The translations under genes were made by a program, and so were the position numbers. Source: an uncultured Dehalococcoidales bacterium (GTDB lineage Bacteria; Chloroflexota; Dehalococcoidia; Dehalococcoidales; JAUYDJ01). Taken from it: a DNA stretch of 39,060 nt. The notes under the pieces are model-generated. The model had not been told where the DNA came from and ran no database searches. It worked only from the letters and a program-made list of their open reading frames with translations. How positions within the stretch are numbered: the stretch's first letter is position 1; every line of letters starts with the position of its first letter. The stretch spans positions 1 to 39,060 of the forward strand of contig CAYFGR010000004.1 of the NCBI GenBank assembly GCA_964343135.1. The letters run 5' to 3'. Below, piece by piece: positions 1 through 10,068 of this stretch.

Positions 1-70
1 CTTCCCTCAGGGAAGGGGGATTAAGGGGGATGGGGTTACTTCTTCCCTGGAAGGATAAAAGAGGGTGAGG
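1..70. repeat. REP-like purine-rich palindromic element (possibly truncated by the window edge)
   Basis: CTTCCC-TCA-GGGAAG hairpin followed by GGGGATTAAGGGGGATGGG, and a second CTTCC-CT-GGAAG hairpin; non-coding. Confidence 0.35.
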
Positions 71-145
71 TAGCCAACACTATTCTTTTCGGTGCTGACG
101 GTGTAAAATCTGGATACACCCAATAACAAACAAGGGGGAAAGGAA

Positions 146-229
146 ATGAACTACTGGATACTTCAATGTAACATCAACCATTATAGGTGTCTTGACCAAA
201 TGAGAGAGCTTAAGAATGATTCTGGATAA
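146..229 (+). pseudogene. 27-aa ORF resembling an EVE-domain protein N-terminus (remnant)
   Basis: RBS-like GGGGGAAAGGAA, then MNYWILQCNINHYRCLDQMRELKNDSG*; MNYW(I/L)xQxN is an EVE-type start. Confidence 0.3.
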
Positions 230-431
230 ATATAGAAGCAAAGGAGCGACGGACGCGCTTAATAAATCTCGGACTGAAATATACCAGACTTATCACAGAT
301 AAGTCCATATCAAAGGATGAGTTTGAAACTACCGGATTAGGAAATTTATGCATTTTGATTGCGCCTCGAAGGAGCATATGTAAACTTACAGAGGAAGAGG
401 GAGAAAAAATTAAGAGGATGATAGAACTTCG

Positions 432-1121
432 GTGAGGTCAAAATTGAAGACTCTGGGTATTGCGGCTAAATGGATATTTATTTTGTGTCTGCCCATTCTG
501 CTGATGTCAGCCAGTATTGGCGTGGCGATAAACAGCCTGGGGATGTATAAATATGGCTTTGAGAAATACAATATTAGCCAGACCACCGGACTGGCGGAGG
601 CCGAACTGGATAGAGCAGCCGCCGGTCTGATCAGCTATTTTAACTCTGGTGAGGAACACATTAGCGTTTACGTTACTAAAGATGGCGGACAATTTAAGCT
701 GTTTAACCAGCGGGAGGTTATTCACCTTAAGGATGTGAAGGGATTGATTTGGTTGAATTACCGGTTTTTGCTGGGAACACTGCTTTATGTGTTAATTTAT
801 GCCGGCGTTGTGCTGTTGTGGCGGAAGGGCTGGCGCCGGCTGGCTTCGGGCATAGTTGGTGGCAGCGGTCTTACTCTTGTTCTGATGCTGGCGTTGGGCA
901 TGGGGGCACTGCTCAGCTTTGACCGACTCTTTCTCCAATTTCATCTTATCAGCTTCACTAACGAGTTCTGGCAACTTGACCCGGCTCGTGACTACCTGAT
1001 AATGCTGTTCCCGCAGGGCTTCTGGTATGACGCTTTCCGGTTCTGTGGTCTGGTAACGGCAGGAGTGACGGTAATTCTGGGTGGGGTGGGGCTGGTATAT
1101 TCAAAACGGGCGCAGGGGTAG
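432..1121 (+). CDS. TIGR01906/DUF1461 family integral membrane protein
   Basis: Motifs FNQREVIHLKDVK, FLQFHLISFTN and DYLIMLFPQGFW; about 4 TM segments. Confidence 0.85.
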   Translation: MRSKLKTLGIAAKWIFILCLPILLMSASIGVAINSLGMYKYGFEKYNISQTTGLAEAELDRAAAGLISYFNSGEEHISVYVTKDGGQFKLFNQREVIHLKDVKGLIWLNYRFLLGTLLYVLIYAGVVLLWRKGWRRLASGIVGGSGLTLVLMLALGMGALLSFDRLFLQFHLISFTNEFWQLDPARDYLIMLFPQGFWYDAFRFCGLVTAGVTVILGGVGLVYSKRAQG

Positions 1122-1457
1122 TGTGCCTGAAGGGGGGGGGATTGGTGGGGAGTAGTAGATTTTGGCTTTAACGTAAGGTAGCTGGATTGGCGGTATCTAC
1201 GTTTAGTAAAAACAAAGTTGCATATCGTTAAGATTGCTGGGGATGTCGTTTATTCTCCAGTAATCATGCAATTGGTAATTTTTGAAAATAATCTTCTGTC
1301 TCATTTATGTCTGTAATGTTTTGATAGTAATCCCATCGAAATAACGCTTTCAAATATCGTGCGTGAAAGTGAATAAATCTCAGCAACCCTTTCAGGTTGT
1401 TCGAGATATCAGCTCTTTACCGCCTACCTCTCCATCTTATTCAGTCTCCCCATCGCC

Positions 1458-2518
1458 TCATTCTTCTCTCCGATTCTGCTTGGTCTTGTGGATGGCTTTT
1501 CTCAATAGCTCGATTGACTGGTCGTAGGTCTTCCTGTCTACAGGGTAGGGAATGCCGTCTTTGCCGCCGTGGGCAAAGCTGTAGCGGGCGGGGTCTCGGT
1601 AGCGGGGGGTAATCCCGTGCACCAGTTCGGAGATAAGACTTAAGGCACGGAAGGTCTTGGCGCCCACCCCCGGAAGGGCCAGCAACTGTTCAAAGCCCTC
1701 TGGTTGACGTTCACAAATACTTAACATAATCTTATTCAGGCTAACGGGGTGGAGGTCTTCGGTGGTCAGGTAGTGGCGTGACGGTAGGTGCAGTATCTTT
1801 ATTCTCTTTGCGTCGGTGAGGATATTTTCCGGTCTTTCGTTAAGGGCTATCTCAGCGATAGTGGTGCGGGCGGGGTCACTTTCACCGGCGACCAAATTCA
1901 GCGCCGGTCCGCTTGTCTCAGGCTGGATAGTGGTGTGGGGATCATTGACAAAGCTGGTAACGGCTTCACCCAGCCAGTGGTAGCGGCGGGCGTAGCGGGT
2001 GGTTTCGTTCATTCCCTGCTGGACTACAGTCCACGAGCCACCTTTGGTAAACAGGATGGTATGGTGATAGAGCTGGTAACCGTCCTGAACGGCGGCACTA
2101 TCTGCCTTGGCGGATATTCGGCGGGCATAAACCAGTGGCGGCGGGTTCAGCGAGAGTAACTCCCCCCCCAGTATTCCAGTTCGGCCGGAGTCTTTCGCGA
2201 GGTTTTACCTTTTCCGCTGGCCACAAATGAGCCCAGGTCTTGTTCCAGTCCTTTGATGCCTTGCTTGAGGGCGCCGTAAAGGATAGTGGTAATGCCGCTG
2301 CTGTGCCAGTCAAATCCCAGAATACAACCAAATGTCTGAAACCAGTAGGGGTGCGCCAGCCGCTTCAACATTTCCTCGGCGCCGAAGTCGGCAACAACAG
2401 CGATAGTAATCTCCCGTGCCAGTTTGACCATGCGTTCAAACAGCTAGCGCGGCGTCTTGCCACCGTGCAGGGGGATATTGGCAATACCGGTTCGTTTCAG
2501 GGTACTTCTATCTGACAT
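1458..2518 (-). pseudogene. DUF763 family protein, disrupted
   Basis: ATG 2518 MSDRSTLKRTGIANIPLHGGKTPR*(TAG 2444-2446, expected W)LFERM...GFDWHSSG; frameshift in G8 tract 2162-2169; resumes ...SAKADSAAVQDGYQLYHH...VVQQGMNETTRYARRYHW...FAHGGKDGIPYPVD. Confidence 0.9.
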
Positions 2519-2922
2519 GTTAATCCAGTTTAATCATTTTTGGGCACGGTATCAAGATTACCACTGCGGTGTGCAATAGTCAGATTTAGATATGGATATT
2601 CTGCCTGAGAAAATGTATAATACAAAAGGGAAATTATTTATTATTTTGGTCTCGGTTGGGGGACCTGTATTTAGATTAGAGACACAGGATTTATGATAAT
2701 GAATCCATGTACCGAGAGTGGAAGAAGTGCTTGGAAACGCGCTCAGGTTTTGCCCGGAAGTTACCTGATGCGGTACTTGTTTGGGGAGAGTTCCGTTGTT
2801 CCGCCGGAGGATTTTCCGTTTTGACTGGCGATAAAAAGGATAGCTGACGCAATGGAGTCCAGGGGTATATTCCCGTAATCGAAAGCAAATACATTGATGG
2901 AAATAGAGAAAGGGATATCTCA

Positions 2923-4698
2923 ATGACAAATCATAAGGTACTTAAGAAATGGGTTGAAGAGTGTGCCGAGTTGTGCCAGCCCGATGACATTCATTGGTGC
3001 GATGGCTCGGAGGAGGAGAAAGAACGCCTGGAGCGAGAGGCTTTTGCCACCGAGGAACTTATTCAGCTTGACCAGGGGAAACTCCCGGGGTGCGCCTACC
3101 ATCGTACCGCCGTTAATGATGTTGCCCGCACCGAAAACCTGACATATATCTGCACCAGCCGGGAGGAAGATGTTGGCCCGACCAATAACTGGATGAGTCC
3201 GGAGGAGGGCTATGAAAGGGCGGGGGCTATTTTCCGGGGTTCCATGAGAGGCCGCACCATGTACGTGATTCCGTTTTCCATGGGACCGGTTGGCTCACCT
3301 TACAGCAAGTTTGCCGTCGAACTAACCGACAGCATTTATGTCGTGCTGAACATGCGCATTATGACCCGTATAGGCGAGGCAGTACTTGACGCTATTGGTG
3401 ACCATGGTGAGTTCACCAAAAGTCTACATGGTAAGGCGGAGCTGGATATAAATGAGCGTCTCATCCTCCACTTTCCCGAGGATAACGTCATCTGGAGTGT
3501 GGGCAGTGGCTACGGCGGCAATGTGCTACTGGGGAAGAAATGCCTTTCCCTCCGTATTGCTAGTTACTTGGGTCGGCAGGAAGGTTGGCTGGCTGAGCAT
3601 ATGCTCATTGTTGGTATTCAGGACCCGCAGGGTAATATGACGTATATTGCCGGAGCCTTTCCCAGTGCCTGTGGCAAAACTAACTTAGCCATGCTTATCC
3701 CCCCCGATGCTCTAAAGAAAAAGGGATTTAAGGTGGTAACCATTGGCGATGACATTGCTTGGATGCGGATTAAAGAAGACGGACGGTTATGGGCGATTAA
3801 TCCCGAGTTCGGTTTCTTCGGTGTGGCTCCCGGTACCAACTGGAAGACAAATCCGAACGCAATGGCCACCGTCCAGAAAAATACCATCTACACCAATGTT
3901 CTCCTCAAGCCGGATAAGACGGTTTGGTGGGAAGATGGCGACGGGCCGCCGCCGGAAGGTTGGGACTGGAAAGGGAATTATTGGAGACCGGGCATGACTG
4001 ACACTGAAGGTACAGTCATAGTCGGAGCTCACTCGAATAGTCGTTTTACTGCCCCGGCGTCACAGTGCCCTTGCATCGCTCCCAATTGGGAAGACCCCGA
4101 GGGTGTGCCGATTTCAGCTTTTCTCTTCGGCGGCCGACGGGCACGCGTGGCACCGCTCGTCTACCAGTCCTTTAACTGGCAGCATGGTGTATTTGTTGGC
4201 GCTACCATGGCATCGGAACGGACGGCTGCCCAATACGGTAAACTCGGTGAGGTGCGGCGCGACCCCATGGCTATGTTGCCATTTTGCGGTTTTAATATGG
4301 CTGATTACTTTGGCCACTGGCTTGAAATGGGTAAGCGGTTGACCAGCCCCCCCCAAATCTTCCATGTTAATTGGTTTCGTGCCGATGATAAGGGCAGGTT
4401 TCTTTGGCCCGGCTATAGTGAGAATCTGCGGGTTTTGGAATGGATAGTCGGGCGTTGTTGCCAAGACGGGGCTGAGGCAAGAGAAACGCCAATTGGCTAT
4501 GTGGCACCTCCTGGTGCACTTGATATGGAAGGCCTTGCTCTGCCGGATGGGGTAATGGAAAAGCTGCTTTCCGTTTCCATTGAAGATTGGAAAGAGGAAC
4601 TTAAGGGGATTAAAGAATTTTTTGTTCAATTTGGGAACAGGCTTCCCAGAGAGATGTGGGACGAATACCGGGCACTGAATCTTCGCCTAAAAAGCTGA
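2923..4698 (+). CDS. pckG: Phosphoenolpyruvate carboxykinase (GTP)
   Basis: GSGYGGNVLLGKKC, FPSACGKTNLAM, GDDIAW, NPEFGFFGVAPG, HSNSRF, FHVNWF motifs; 591 aa. Confidence 0.96.
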   Translation: MTNHKVLKKWVEECAELCQPDDIHWCDGSEEEKERLEREAFATEELIQLDQGKLPGCAYHRTAVNDVARTENLTYICTSREEDVGPTNNWMSPEEGYERAGAIFRGSMRGRTMYVIPFSMGPVGSPYSKFAVELTDSIYVVLNMRIMTRIGEAVLDAIGDHGEFTKSLHGKAELDINERLILHFPEDNVIWSVGSGYGGNVLLGKKCLSLRIASYLGRQEGWLAEHMLIVGIQDPQGNMTYIAGAFPSACGKTNLAMLIPPDALKKKGFKVVTIGDDIAWMRIKEDGRLWAINPEFGFFGVAPGTNWKTNPNAMATVQKNTIYTNVLLKPDKTVWWEDGDGPPPEGWDWKGNYWRPGMTDTEGTVIVGAHSNSRFTAPASQCPCIAPNWEDPEGVPISAFLFGGRRARVAPLVYQSFNWQHGVFVGATMASERTAAQYGKLGEVRRDPMAMLPFCGFNMADYFGHWLEMGKRLTSPPQIFHVNWFRADDKGRFLWPGYSENLRVLEWIVGRCCQDGAEARETPIGYVAPPGALDMEGLALPDGVMEKLLSVSIEDWKEELKGIKEFFVQFGNRLPREMWDEYRALNLRLKS

Positions 4699-5007
4699 GC
4701 TATATCCAAGGTTCAGAGGACAGTACTCAAGCATTACCACCGGGGACAAATATCGGTGACCTGCCGTCCGGCTGATTTACTGGAACCAGAGATGGACACA
4801 GCTCGGGAGGCGATTAAGAATTTTTCTGGGGATATCGGGGATGTGCTTATTAATGCCATCTATCCCATCACCGGGCGGCGTTTCCAGAAGTGGAAATACG
4901 GTCTGGAGACGCCGCCTCCCGAAGTGCTGCCCAGGACCCTGGCGGATGTAATGCGCGAGGATGGGCTTATCACCAGAGCCAGGGTGGGCGAACTGGTCGA
5001 GAAATAG
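4699..5007 (+). pseudogene. C-terminal remnant of pyruvate carboxylase subunit B / oxaloacetate decarboxylase alpha-like protein
   Basis: ISKVQRTVLKHYHRGQISVTCRPADLLEPEM...DIGDVLINAIYP...KWKYG; the TCRPADLLEPE motif is typical; catalytic domain and RBS absent. Confidence 0.75.
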
Positions 5008-5221
5008 GCAGCATATTATCGGCTGTCGGTTACCTTTCCACACTGAAGGTGCGGTTCTTCAACGGCATTACCGTTCGGCAAGACGTATTGACCACTTTTT
5101 GAACAATACTAACGGTAATTATTACCGCTGAAATTCCCCCGTGACTGGTCTATCGGGTATTGACCTGGAGTAACTTTACCAAATTTTCACGTTTACAGCA
5201 TCGTATTTCATTTTATCAGGA

Positions 5222-5250
5222 TTGACAGAGGATGGGGGAGGTGTTATAGT
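5222..5250 (+). promoter_or_regulatory. sigma70 promoter of the glutamate-synthase-like gene
   Basis: TTGACA-17 bp-TATAGT with extended -10 TG. Confidence 0.7.
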
Positions 5251-5482
5251 TCAGCGGTTAATATACGGTAAATAGTTACCGCATACCAGCAACCAGGGTT
5301 GTTAATCAGTTGAGCTTGGCAGGCAGTTCCGCCGGAAATATCTATCAGGGCCGTGATGAAGGCGGCGGCCATTTTACATTTTGGTGATATATCTATAATC
5401 TATACCTAAGACTCAAGGTTAAAAAATCGTTCAGGGTAAAAAGAATATCGGCGATAATCTATAAAAAGAGGAGAGCTATAGC

Positions 5483-7075
5483 ATGAACCTACGACAGCCA
5501 AACGCCAGTGATGCCACCAGGACCGCCAATCGTTCCAAAAGTGTGGTGCCAATGAGCGGTATTTGTAGTCGCTGCATTGATGACTGTACCGGAAATTGTG
5601 AGGTATTCAAGTCGACTTTCCGTAGCCGGGAAGTAATCTATCCTGGTCCTTTTGGTAATGTTACTGCCGGCGGCGATAAAGATTATCCGGTTGATTACTC
5701 TCACCTTAACATTCAGGGATATGCTCTGGGAGCTGATGGGTTACCGCCCGGCGTTATTGCCGATTCAGATACGACGGCTTTTCCGTTAGTGGATACGGAG
5801 ACTGAGTATGGTTGGGACATAAAAGTTAAGATGAAGGTGCCTATGTTTACCGGTGCGCTGGGCTCTACGGAGATAGCCCGTAAAAGCTGGGAACATTATG
5901 CTATCGGCGCTGCCATTAGCGGGATTACACTGGTTTGTGGTGAAAATGTTTGCGGCGTTGACCCACAACTTAAACTTGACGCCGGTGGTAAAGTTATTTC
6001 GGCACCGGATATGGACCGCCGTATCGAAATCTACCGACGTTACCATCAGGGATACGGCGAAATACTGGTGCAGCTGAATGTAGAGGACACCAGGATGGGT
6101 GTTGCAGAATACGTTAGCCGGAAGCACGGACTGGATACTATCGAATTAAAATGGGGACAGGGCGCCAAATGTATTGGTGGGGAAATTAAGGTAAATAGTC
6201 TGGAACGAGCCCTGGAACTGCAGAAGCGCGGTTACATTATGACCCCGGAGCCTTCGAGTCCGGTTACCCAGGCAGCTTTTAAGGACGGCTCTCTAAAAGA
6301 GTTTGAACGCCATAGTCGTCTTGGTTTTGTTGATGAAGCCAGTTTTTACGTTGAAGTGCAGCGTTTAAAGGATTTGGGGTTCAAACGCATTACTTTGAAA
6401 ACCGGTGCCTATAGTCTGCGCGAGCTGGCGATGGCAATTAAGTGGGGTTCAAAGGCCAAAATTGACCTGATTACTATAGACGGGGCCTCCGGTGGGACGG
6501 GTATGAGTCCCTGGCGAATGATGGTGGAATGGGGTATCCCCAGTATCTACCTGCACGCCGCGACCTACGAATTCTGCCAGATGCTGGCGGATAGAGGCGA
6601 ACGAGCGCCTGATATCGCTTTTGCCGGCGGATTCAGTAGTGAGGACGGGGTGTTCAAGGCACTTGCTATGGGGGCGCCTTTTACCAAAGCGGTATGCATG
6701 GGGCGGGCTTTGATGATTCCAGGTACGGTTGGTAGAAATATCCAGCAATGGCTGGAGGATGGCAAACTACCTAAAACCGTTGGTCAGTTTGGCTCGACCC
6801 CCGAGGAGATATTTATCTGCTACGAAGAAGTTAAGAATCTGGTAGGCGCTGATGAAATGAATAATATTCCGCTCGGTGCCGTGGGAATATACAGCTATGC
6901 CCAGAAGATTAAAATTGGGTTGCAGCAATTGATGGCTGGCGCCCGGTGCTTCAGTGTGCCCGTCATTACCCGGCGCGAGCTTATGTCACTGACTGAAGAA
7001 TGCGCTAAGGTTACCGGAATACCCTACTTGATGGATGCTTACCGGGAAGAGGCGGTCGAGATTCTGGGGAGTTAA
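5483..7075 (+). CDS. FMN-binding glutamate synthase family protein (stand-alone FMN domain)
   Basis: IELKWGQGAKCIGGE, IDGASGGTGMSP, AGGFSSEDGVFKALAMGA; N-terminal Cys cluster CSRCIDDCTGNC; RBS GAGGAG. Confidence 0.9.
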   Translation: MNLRQPNASDATRTANRSKSVVPMSGICSRCIDDCTGNCEVFKSTFRSREVIYPGPFGNVTAGGDKDYPVDYSHLNIQGYALGADGLPPGVIADSDTTAFPLVDTETEYGWDIKVKMKVPMFTGALGSTEIARKSWEHYAIGAAISGITLVCGENVCGVDPQLKLDAGGKVISAPDMDRRIEIYRRYHQGYGEILVQLNVEDTRMGVAEYVSRKHGLDTIELKWGQGAKCIGGEIKVNSLERALELQKRGYIMTPEPSSPVTQAAFKDGSLKEFERHSRLGFVDEASFYVEVQRLKDLGFKRITLKTGAYSLRELAMAIKWGSKAKIDLITIDGASGGTGMSPWRMMVEWGIPSIYLHAATYEFCQMLADRGERAPDIAFAGGFSSEDGVFKALAMGAPFTKAVCMGRALMIPGTVGRNIQQWLEDGKLPKTVGQFGSTPEEIFICYEEVKNLVGADEMNNIPLGAVGIYSYAQKIKIGLQQLMAGARCFSVPVITRRELMSLTEECAKVTGIPYLMDAYREEAVEILGS

Positions 7076-7121
7076 ACCGCTGGCTGTTTTCCGGCCGGTG
7101 GGGGCTAAATAAAATGGGGCT

Positions 7122-7694
7122 TTAGGTTTGAGCCAGTCGCTTACCTAATTCAAACGCGTCTGACAGCGCCGTGGGGTGCTCTTTAATCTCGTCTCTTTTA
7201 TCCACGCCCCGGACGAGAAGCTCATCGGCATACTTTACGTTTATGGCATTGAAGAAGTATTTTATGATGAGTATCGAGCCTTCAAACAGTTGCTCGCCTC
7301 TGGTAGCCCCGACAGCGATAAAGGCGCCCTTTCTCCCCGAATTGGGCATAACCTGTTTGAGAACGTATTTTCGGGCCCAGTGTGCCTGGCAACGGTCAAT
7401 CAGCGTCTTAACCTGAGCGGTGAGACTGTAGAAAAACATTGGCGAGGCGATGATAATACGGTCGGCGCTGAGCAGTTTGGGGTATATCTCGTCCATGTCA
7501 TCCCGTATTACGCAATTGCCATCCTTTACGCAGGCGTAATACTCGCGGCAGGCGGTGATATTGAGTTTGTCCACTACCAGTTTTTCGATATCTGCCGCCT
7601 GACTCGCCGCCCCTCGCAAAGCCTCATCCAGCAGCAGGTCGGTATTGCCTTTTATCCTTGGGCTGCCCATAATTCCCAGAACTTTCAACCCCAA
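7122..7694 (-). CDS. Flavodoxin-fold iron-sulfur flavoprotein / NADPH-dependent FMN reductase family (start possibly TTG 7688)
   Basis: GSPRIKGNT, CVIRDDM, ASPMFFYS...KTLIDR. Confidence 0.85.
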   Translation of the reverse strand: MGLKVLGIMGSPRIKGNTDLLLDEALRGAASQAADIEKLVVDKLNITACREYYACVKDGNCVIRDDMDEIYPKLLSADRIIIASPMFFYSLTAQVKTLIDRCQAHWARKYVLKQVMPNSGRKGAFIAVGATRGEQLFEGSILIIKYFFNAINVKYADELLVRGVDKRDEIKEHPTALSDAFELGKRLAQT

Positions 7695-7723
7695 CCTCCA
7701 GTAAAGGAAAACGTAGAACCGGT

Positions 7724-8302
7724 CTAGAAGTGGTAGCGCTCCTTCTTTTTGAAGAAGTAGCCGGCAATCAGGCCGAAAACCAGACCACCGAGGTGGGCTT
7801 GCCAGGCAACAAATGGCAGGAACGAGAGTATCAGGAAACCGCCGATAACCGCTATCCAGAGTGGAATTGGAACGGGAATCGGGATGATAAATACCTTTAA
7901 TTTTGGTCTCATCATGGCAAGGGCACCACCGACAGCGAAGACCGCTCCCGAAGCACCAATGGCTACGGTAAATGATGGGCCGAGGAGAATAAATAAGATG
8001 TTACCGAGTATGCCGCCACCAAAGTAGGTCATAAGAAATTTGTTATCTCCGACCAGTCGGGACAGGTAGCTACCGAAGAAGTAGAGGGTGAACATGTTGG
8101 CGAAGATATGGCCGAAACCACCATGGAGAAATAAATTGGTTACGATAGTCCAGGGGTGCTGGATTATGGCTATCGGTATTAATCCAAAGAAGGAATAGAA
8201 AAACTCCCGGGATATGAGAGAAAACATAAATACTATTAGGGTCAGAATTATCAGGAACCAGATTGGGGTAAGTCTGAAGCCGGTGTAAGCATAGCGTCGC
8301 AT
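7724..8302 (-). CDS. Rhomboid family intramembrane serine protease
   Basis: FLHGGFGHIFANM, GASG catalytic Ser, AHLGG catalytic His. Confidence 0.92.
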   Translation of the reverse strand: MRRYAYTGFRLTPIWFLIILTLIVFMFSLISREFFYSFFGLIPIAIIQHPWTIVTNLFLHGGFGHIFANMFTLYFFGSYLSRLVGDNKFLMTYFGGGILGNILFILLGPSFTVAIGASGAVFAVGGALAMMRPKLKVFIIPIPVPIPLWIAVIGGFLILSFLPFVAWQAHLGGLVFGLIAGYFFKKKERYHF

Positions 8303-8303
8303 G

Positions 8304-9242
8304 TTATAATCGTCTCATAAATTCAGGACGAAGTAAAGCGGGCTCGCCACTCTGCAAAACGTGTTCCAGTTCCTTGAGCATCCTCTTTTTGTCCTGAGGT
8401 AACCGGCCCCGTACTGAAAAGTAGTTGGAGGCATGCATTGAGCTGAAGAAGCAGTTGGAGAAAGTAGCGTTCTCAATGATTGTCTTTAGTTCCTGGAGAG
8501 AATCGAAAGGAGAAACGGGGGTAAATATGCTCTGCTGCCACTGGTGATATAGGGGAGTATTCGGGACCAGGGTCAGGGTTAAGGCGCCGGCAAATTCCGG
8601 GTCAATCTCGGTGAGAATCCCGGTGGTTTCCCGGGAGTGCTCCCGGCTCCTCTCCACTCCGCCCAGCCCCAGGATTACGGTAGCCGAGAGAGGAATCTCC
8701 GTTTCTTTTAATCTCCTGCCGGCCGCCACTATCTGCTCGTAGTTTGCCCCTTTAACTACGCTGCGGAGCACCTCTTCATCACCGCTTTCAATACCCATGT
8801 AGATAATGCCTAATTTGAGTGCTTTTAGCTCTTTAAGTTCAGTCGGACGCCGGCGCAGTATATCCTGCGGTGTAGCGTAGATACCGATTCTTTCAATTCC
8901 GGGGAGTTTTTCGTTCAGGTGCCGGAGAGCCTCTCGTAACCGGGGGAAGGGATAGACCATAGCGTCGCCGTCCTGGAGAAAGACCCGCCGGCCATCCCAG
9001 TGTTTGGCGATAGCATACAGGGTATCGGGCATATCGGGCAGGCGAATACCGCTGTTCATGTAGAGAGCCAGGGCATCTATTTCCTTTTTAACTTCTTCAA
9101 TATCCCTTATCCCGAGTTTTGCTCCGTACCACATGCAGAAAGTGCAGGTATTGTTGGAGCAGCCTTTAGTCAGGGGTAGAAAGTAGCTTTTCCATTCGCT
9201 CGGGGGACGGATAACTCCCGGTCTCTCAAAAGGCATATTCAT
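8304..9242 (-). CDS. Radical SAM protein
   Basis: VIRPPSE...GCSNNTCTFC cluster motif, FLQDGD, YMGIESG, HASNY. Confidence 0.88.
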   Translation of the reverse strand: MNMPFERPGVIRPPSEWKSYFLPLTKGCSNNTCTFCMWYGAKLGIRDIEEVKKEIDALALYMNSGIRLPDMPDTLYAIAKHWDGRRVFLQDGDAMVYPFPRLREALRHLNEKLPGIERIGIYATPQDILRRRPTELKELKALKLGIIYMGIESGDEEVLRSVVKGANYEQIVAAGRRLKETEIPLSATVILGLGGVERSREHSRETTGILTEIDPEFAGALTLTLVPNTPLYHQWQQSIFTPVSPFDSLQELKTIIENATFSNCFFSSMHASNYFSVRGRLPQDKKRMLKELEHVLQSGEPALLRPEFMRRL

Positions 9243-10039
9243 AACCCGCTTTCTGTGGCGCTTCCGAATACGAATTGATTAATTTCGGCAAAATATTTAT
9301 CCATGCCCATCAGCATTATGTCATTGTGGTCAGCCCCATTAACGATAACCAGCCGTTTCCTTTTCGCCGCTGCCTTTTCAAACAAGTCCCTGGCTTCGGA
9401 GACGGGGATAAGACTGTCATATTCGCCGTGTAGAATAAGCGTGGGCAGGGTAATAGAGCCTATTTTAGCCAGGTTGGGAAAAGTGAGGTCATTCAGGGCG
9501 AGGGACTTGGCCGGGTAGCCCAGGTAGTTAATTAATTTTAAAATACTGGCGAAGCCGCTCTCAATGATTAATCCGTTTAGCTGTTCCGGATAGCTGGATA
9601 CCAGTTCAATGGCACAGATGCTACCCAGAGAACGTCCCATGACAAAAACATCACCGGTGTAATGCCCTTTACGCCGGATGTTAAGGAAGGCTTTAAAAAT
9701 AGGGTGAGTGTCTTTAACAATGTCGGTAAAGGTGGGCGTGCCGCCACTGGAACCATAGCCTCTATAATCAGTGACGAACAGGTTAAGGCCGTTTTTATTA
9801 TAGAGGGGGGCAATGGCGTCATAATCGCTGACCATTTCCCCGTTACCGTGAAAAAAGAGGATGGAAGGCGCGTCCGGCTGGTGAAGATAGTAGCGGCACC
9901 CAATTGATACCCCGTCGGCTACCGGAATATCGTAATCGGTTGAATTGGGTAGACCGCTACTGACATAACGGCGCGGGTAAAAGGTAAACTGTAGAATATC
10001 AGGTCTGTCCAGTATGGAATACCGGGTATCGTCTGGCAT
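9239..10039 (-). CDS. Alpha/beta hydrolase
   Basis: FFHGNGE, DYRGYG, GRSLG nucleophile elbow, HGEYD, DHND. Confidence 0.9.
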   Translation of the reverse strand: MPDDTRYSILDRPDILQFTFYPRRYVSSGLPNSTDYDIPVADGVSIGCRYYLHQPDAPSILFFHGNGEMVSDYDAIAPLYNKNGLNLFVTDYRGYGSSGGTPTFTDIVKDTHPIFKAFLNIRRKGHYTGDVFVMGRSLGSICAIELVSSYPEQLNGLIIESGFASILKLINYLGYPAKSLALNDLTFPNLAKIGSITLPTLILHGEYDSLIPVSEARDLFEKAAAKRKRLVIVNGADHNDIMLMGMDKYFAEINQFVFGSATESGL

Positions 10040-10068
10040 TACTACGCTCTTTTCTAATGTATCTCCAG

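Noticed and set aside
1132-1140. G9 tract as a phase-variation switch
   Set aside because: It lies downstream of a stop codon between convergent genes, with no evident target.
2444-2446. Pyrrolysine recoding of the DUF763 TAG
   Set aside because: It is a one-base change from a Trp codon, and the gene also has a frameshift.
2700-2880. Glycine-riboswitch-like words (GAAG...CTCAGG, GGAGAG) and 43-56 aa ORFs upstream of pckG
   Set aside because: The aptamer pairings could not be completed; the ORFs lack an RBS and recognisable similarity.
4696-4698. Selenocysteine readthrough of the pckG TGA
   Set aside because: PEPCK is complete at this point, the position is not a conserved Cys, and no SECIS-like hairpin follows.
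5257-5482. glnA (glutamine) riboswitch or ANTAR hairpins in the leader
   Set aside because: ATCGTTCA is present but the GGAAGTA core is missing, and I found no convincing twin hairpins; an Rfam scan would settle it.
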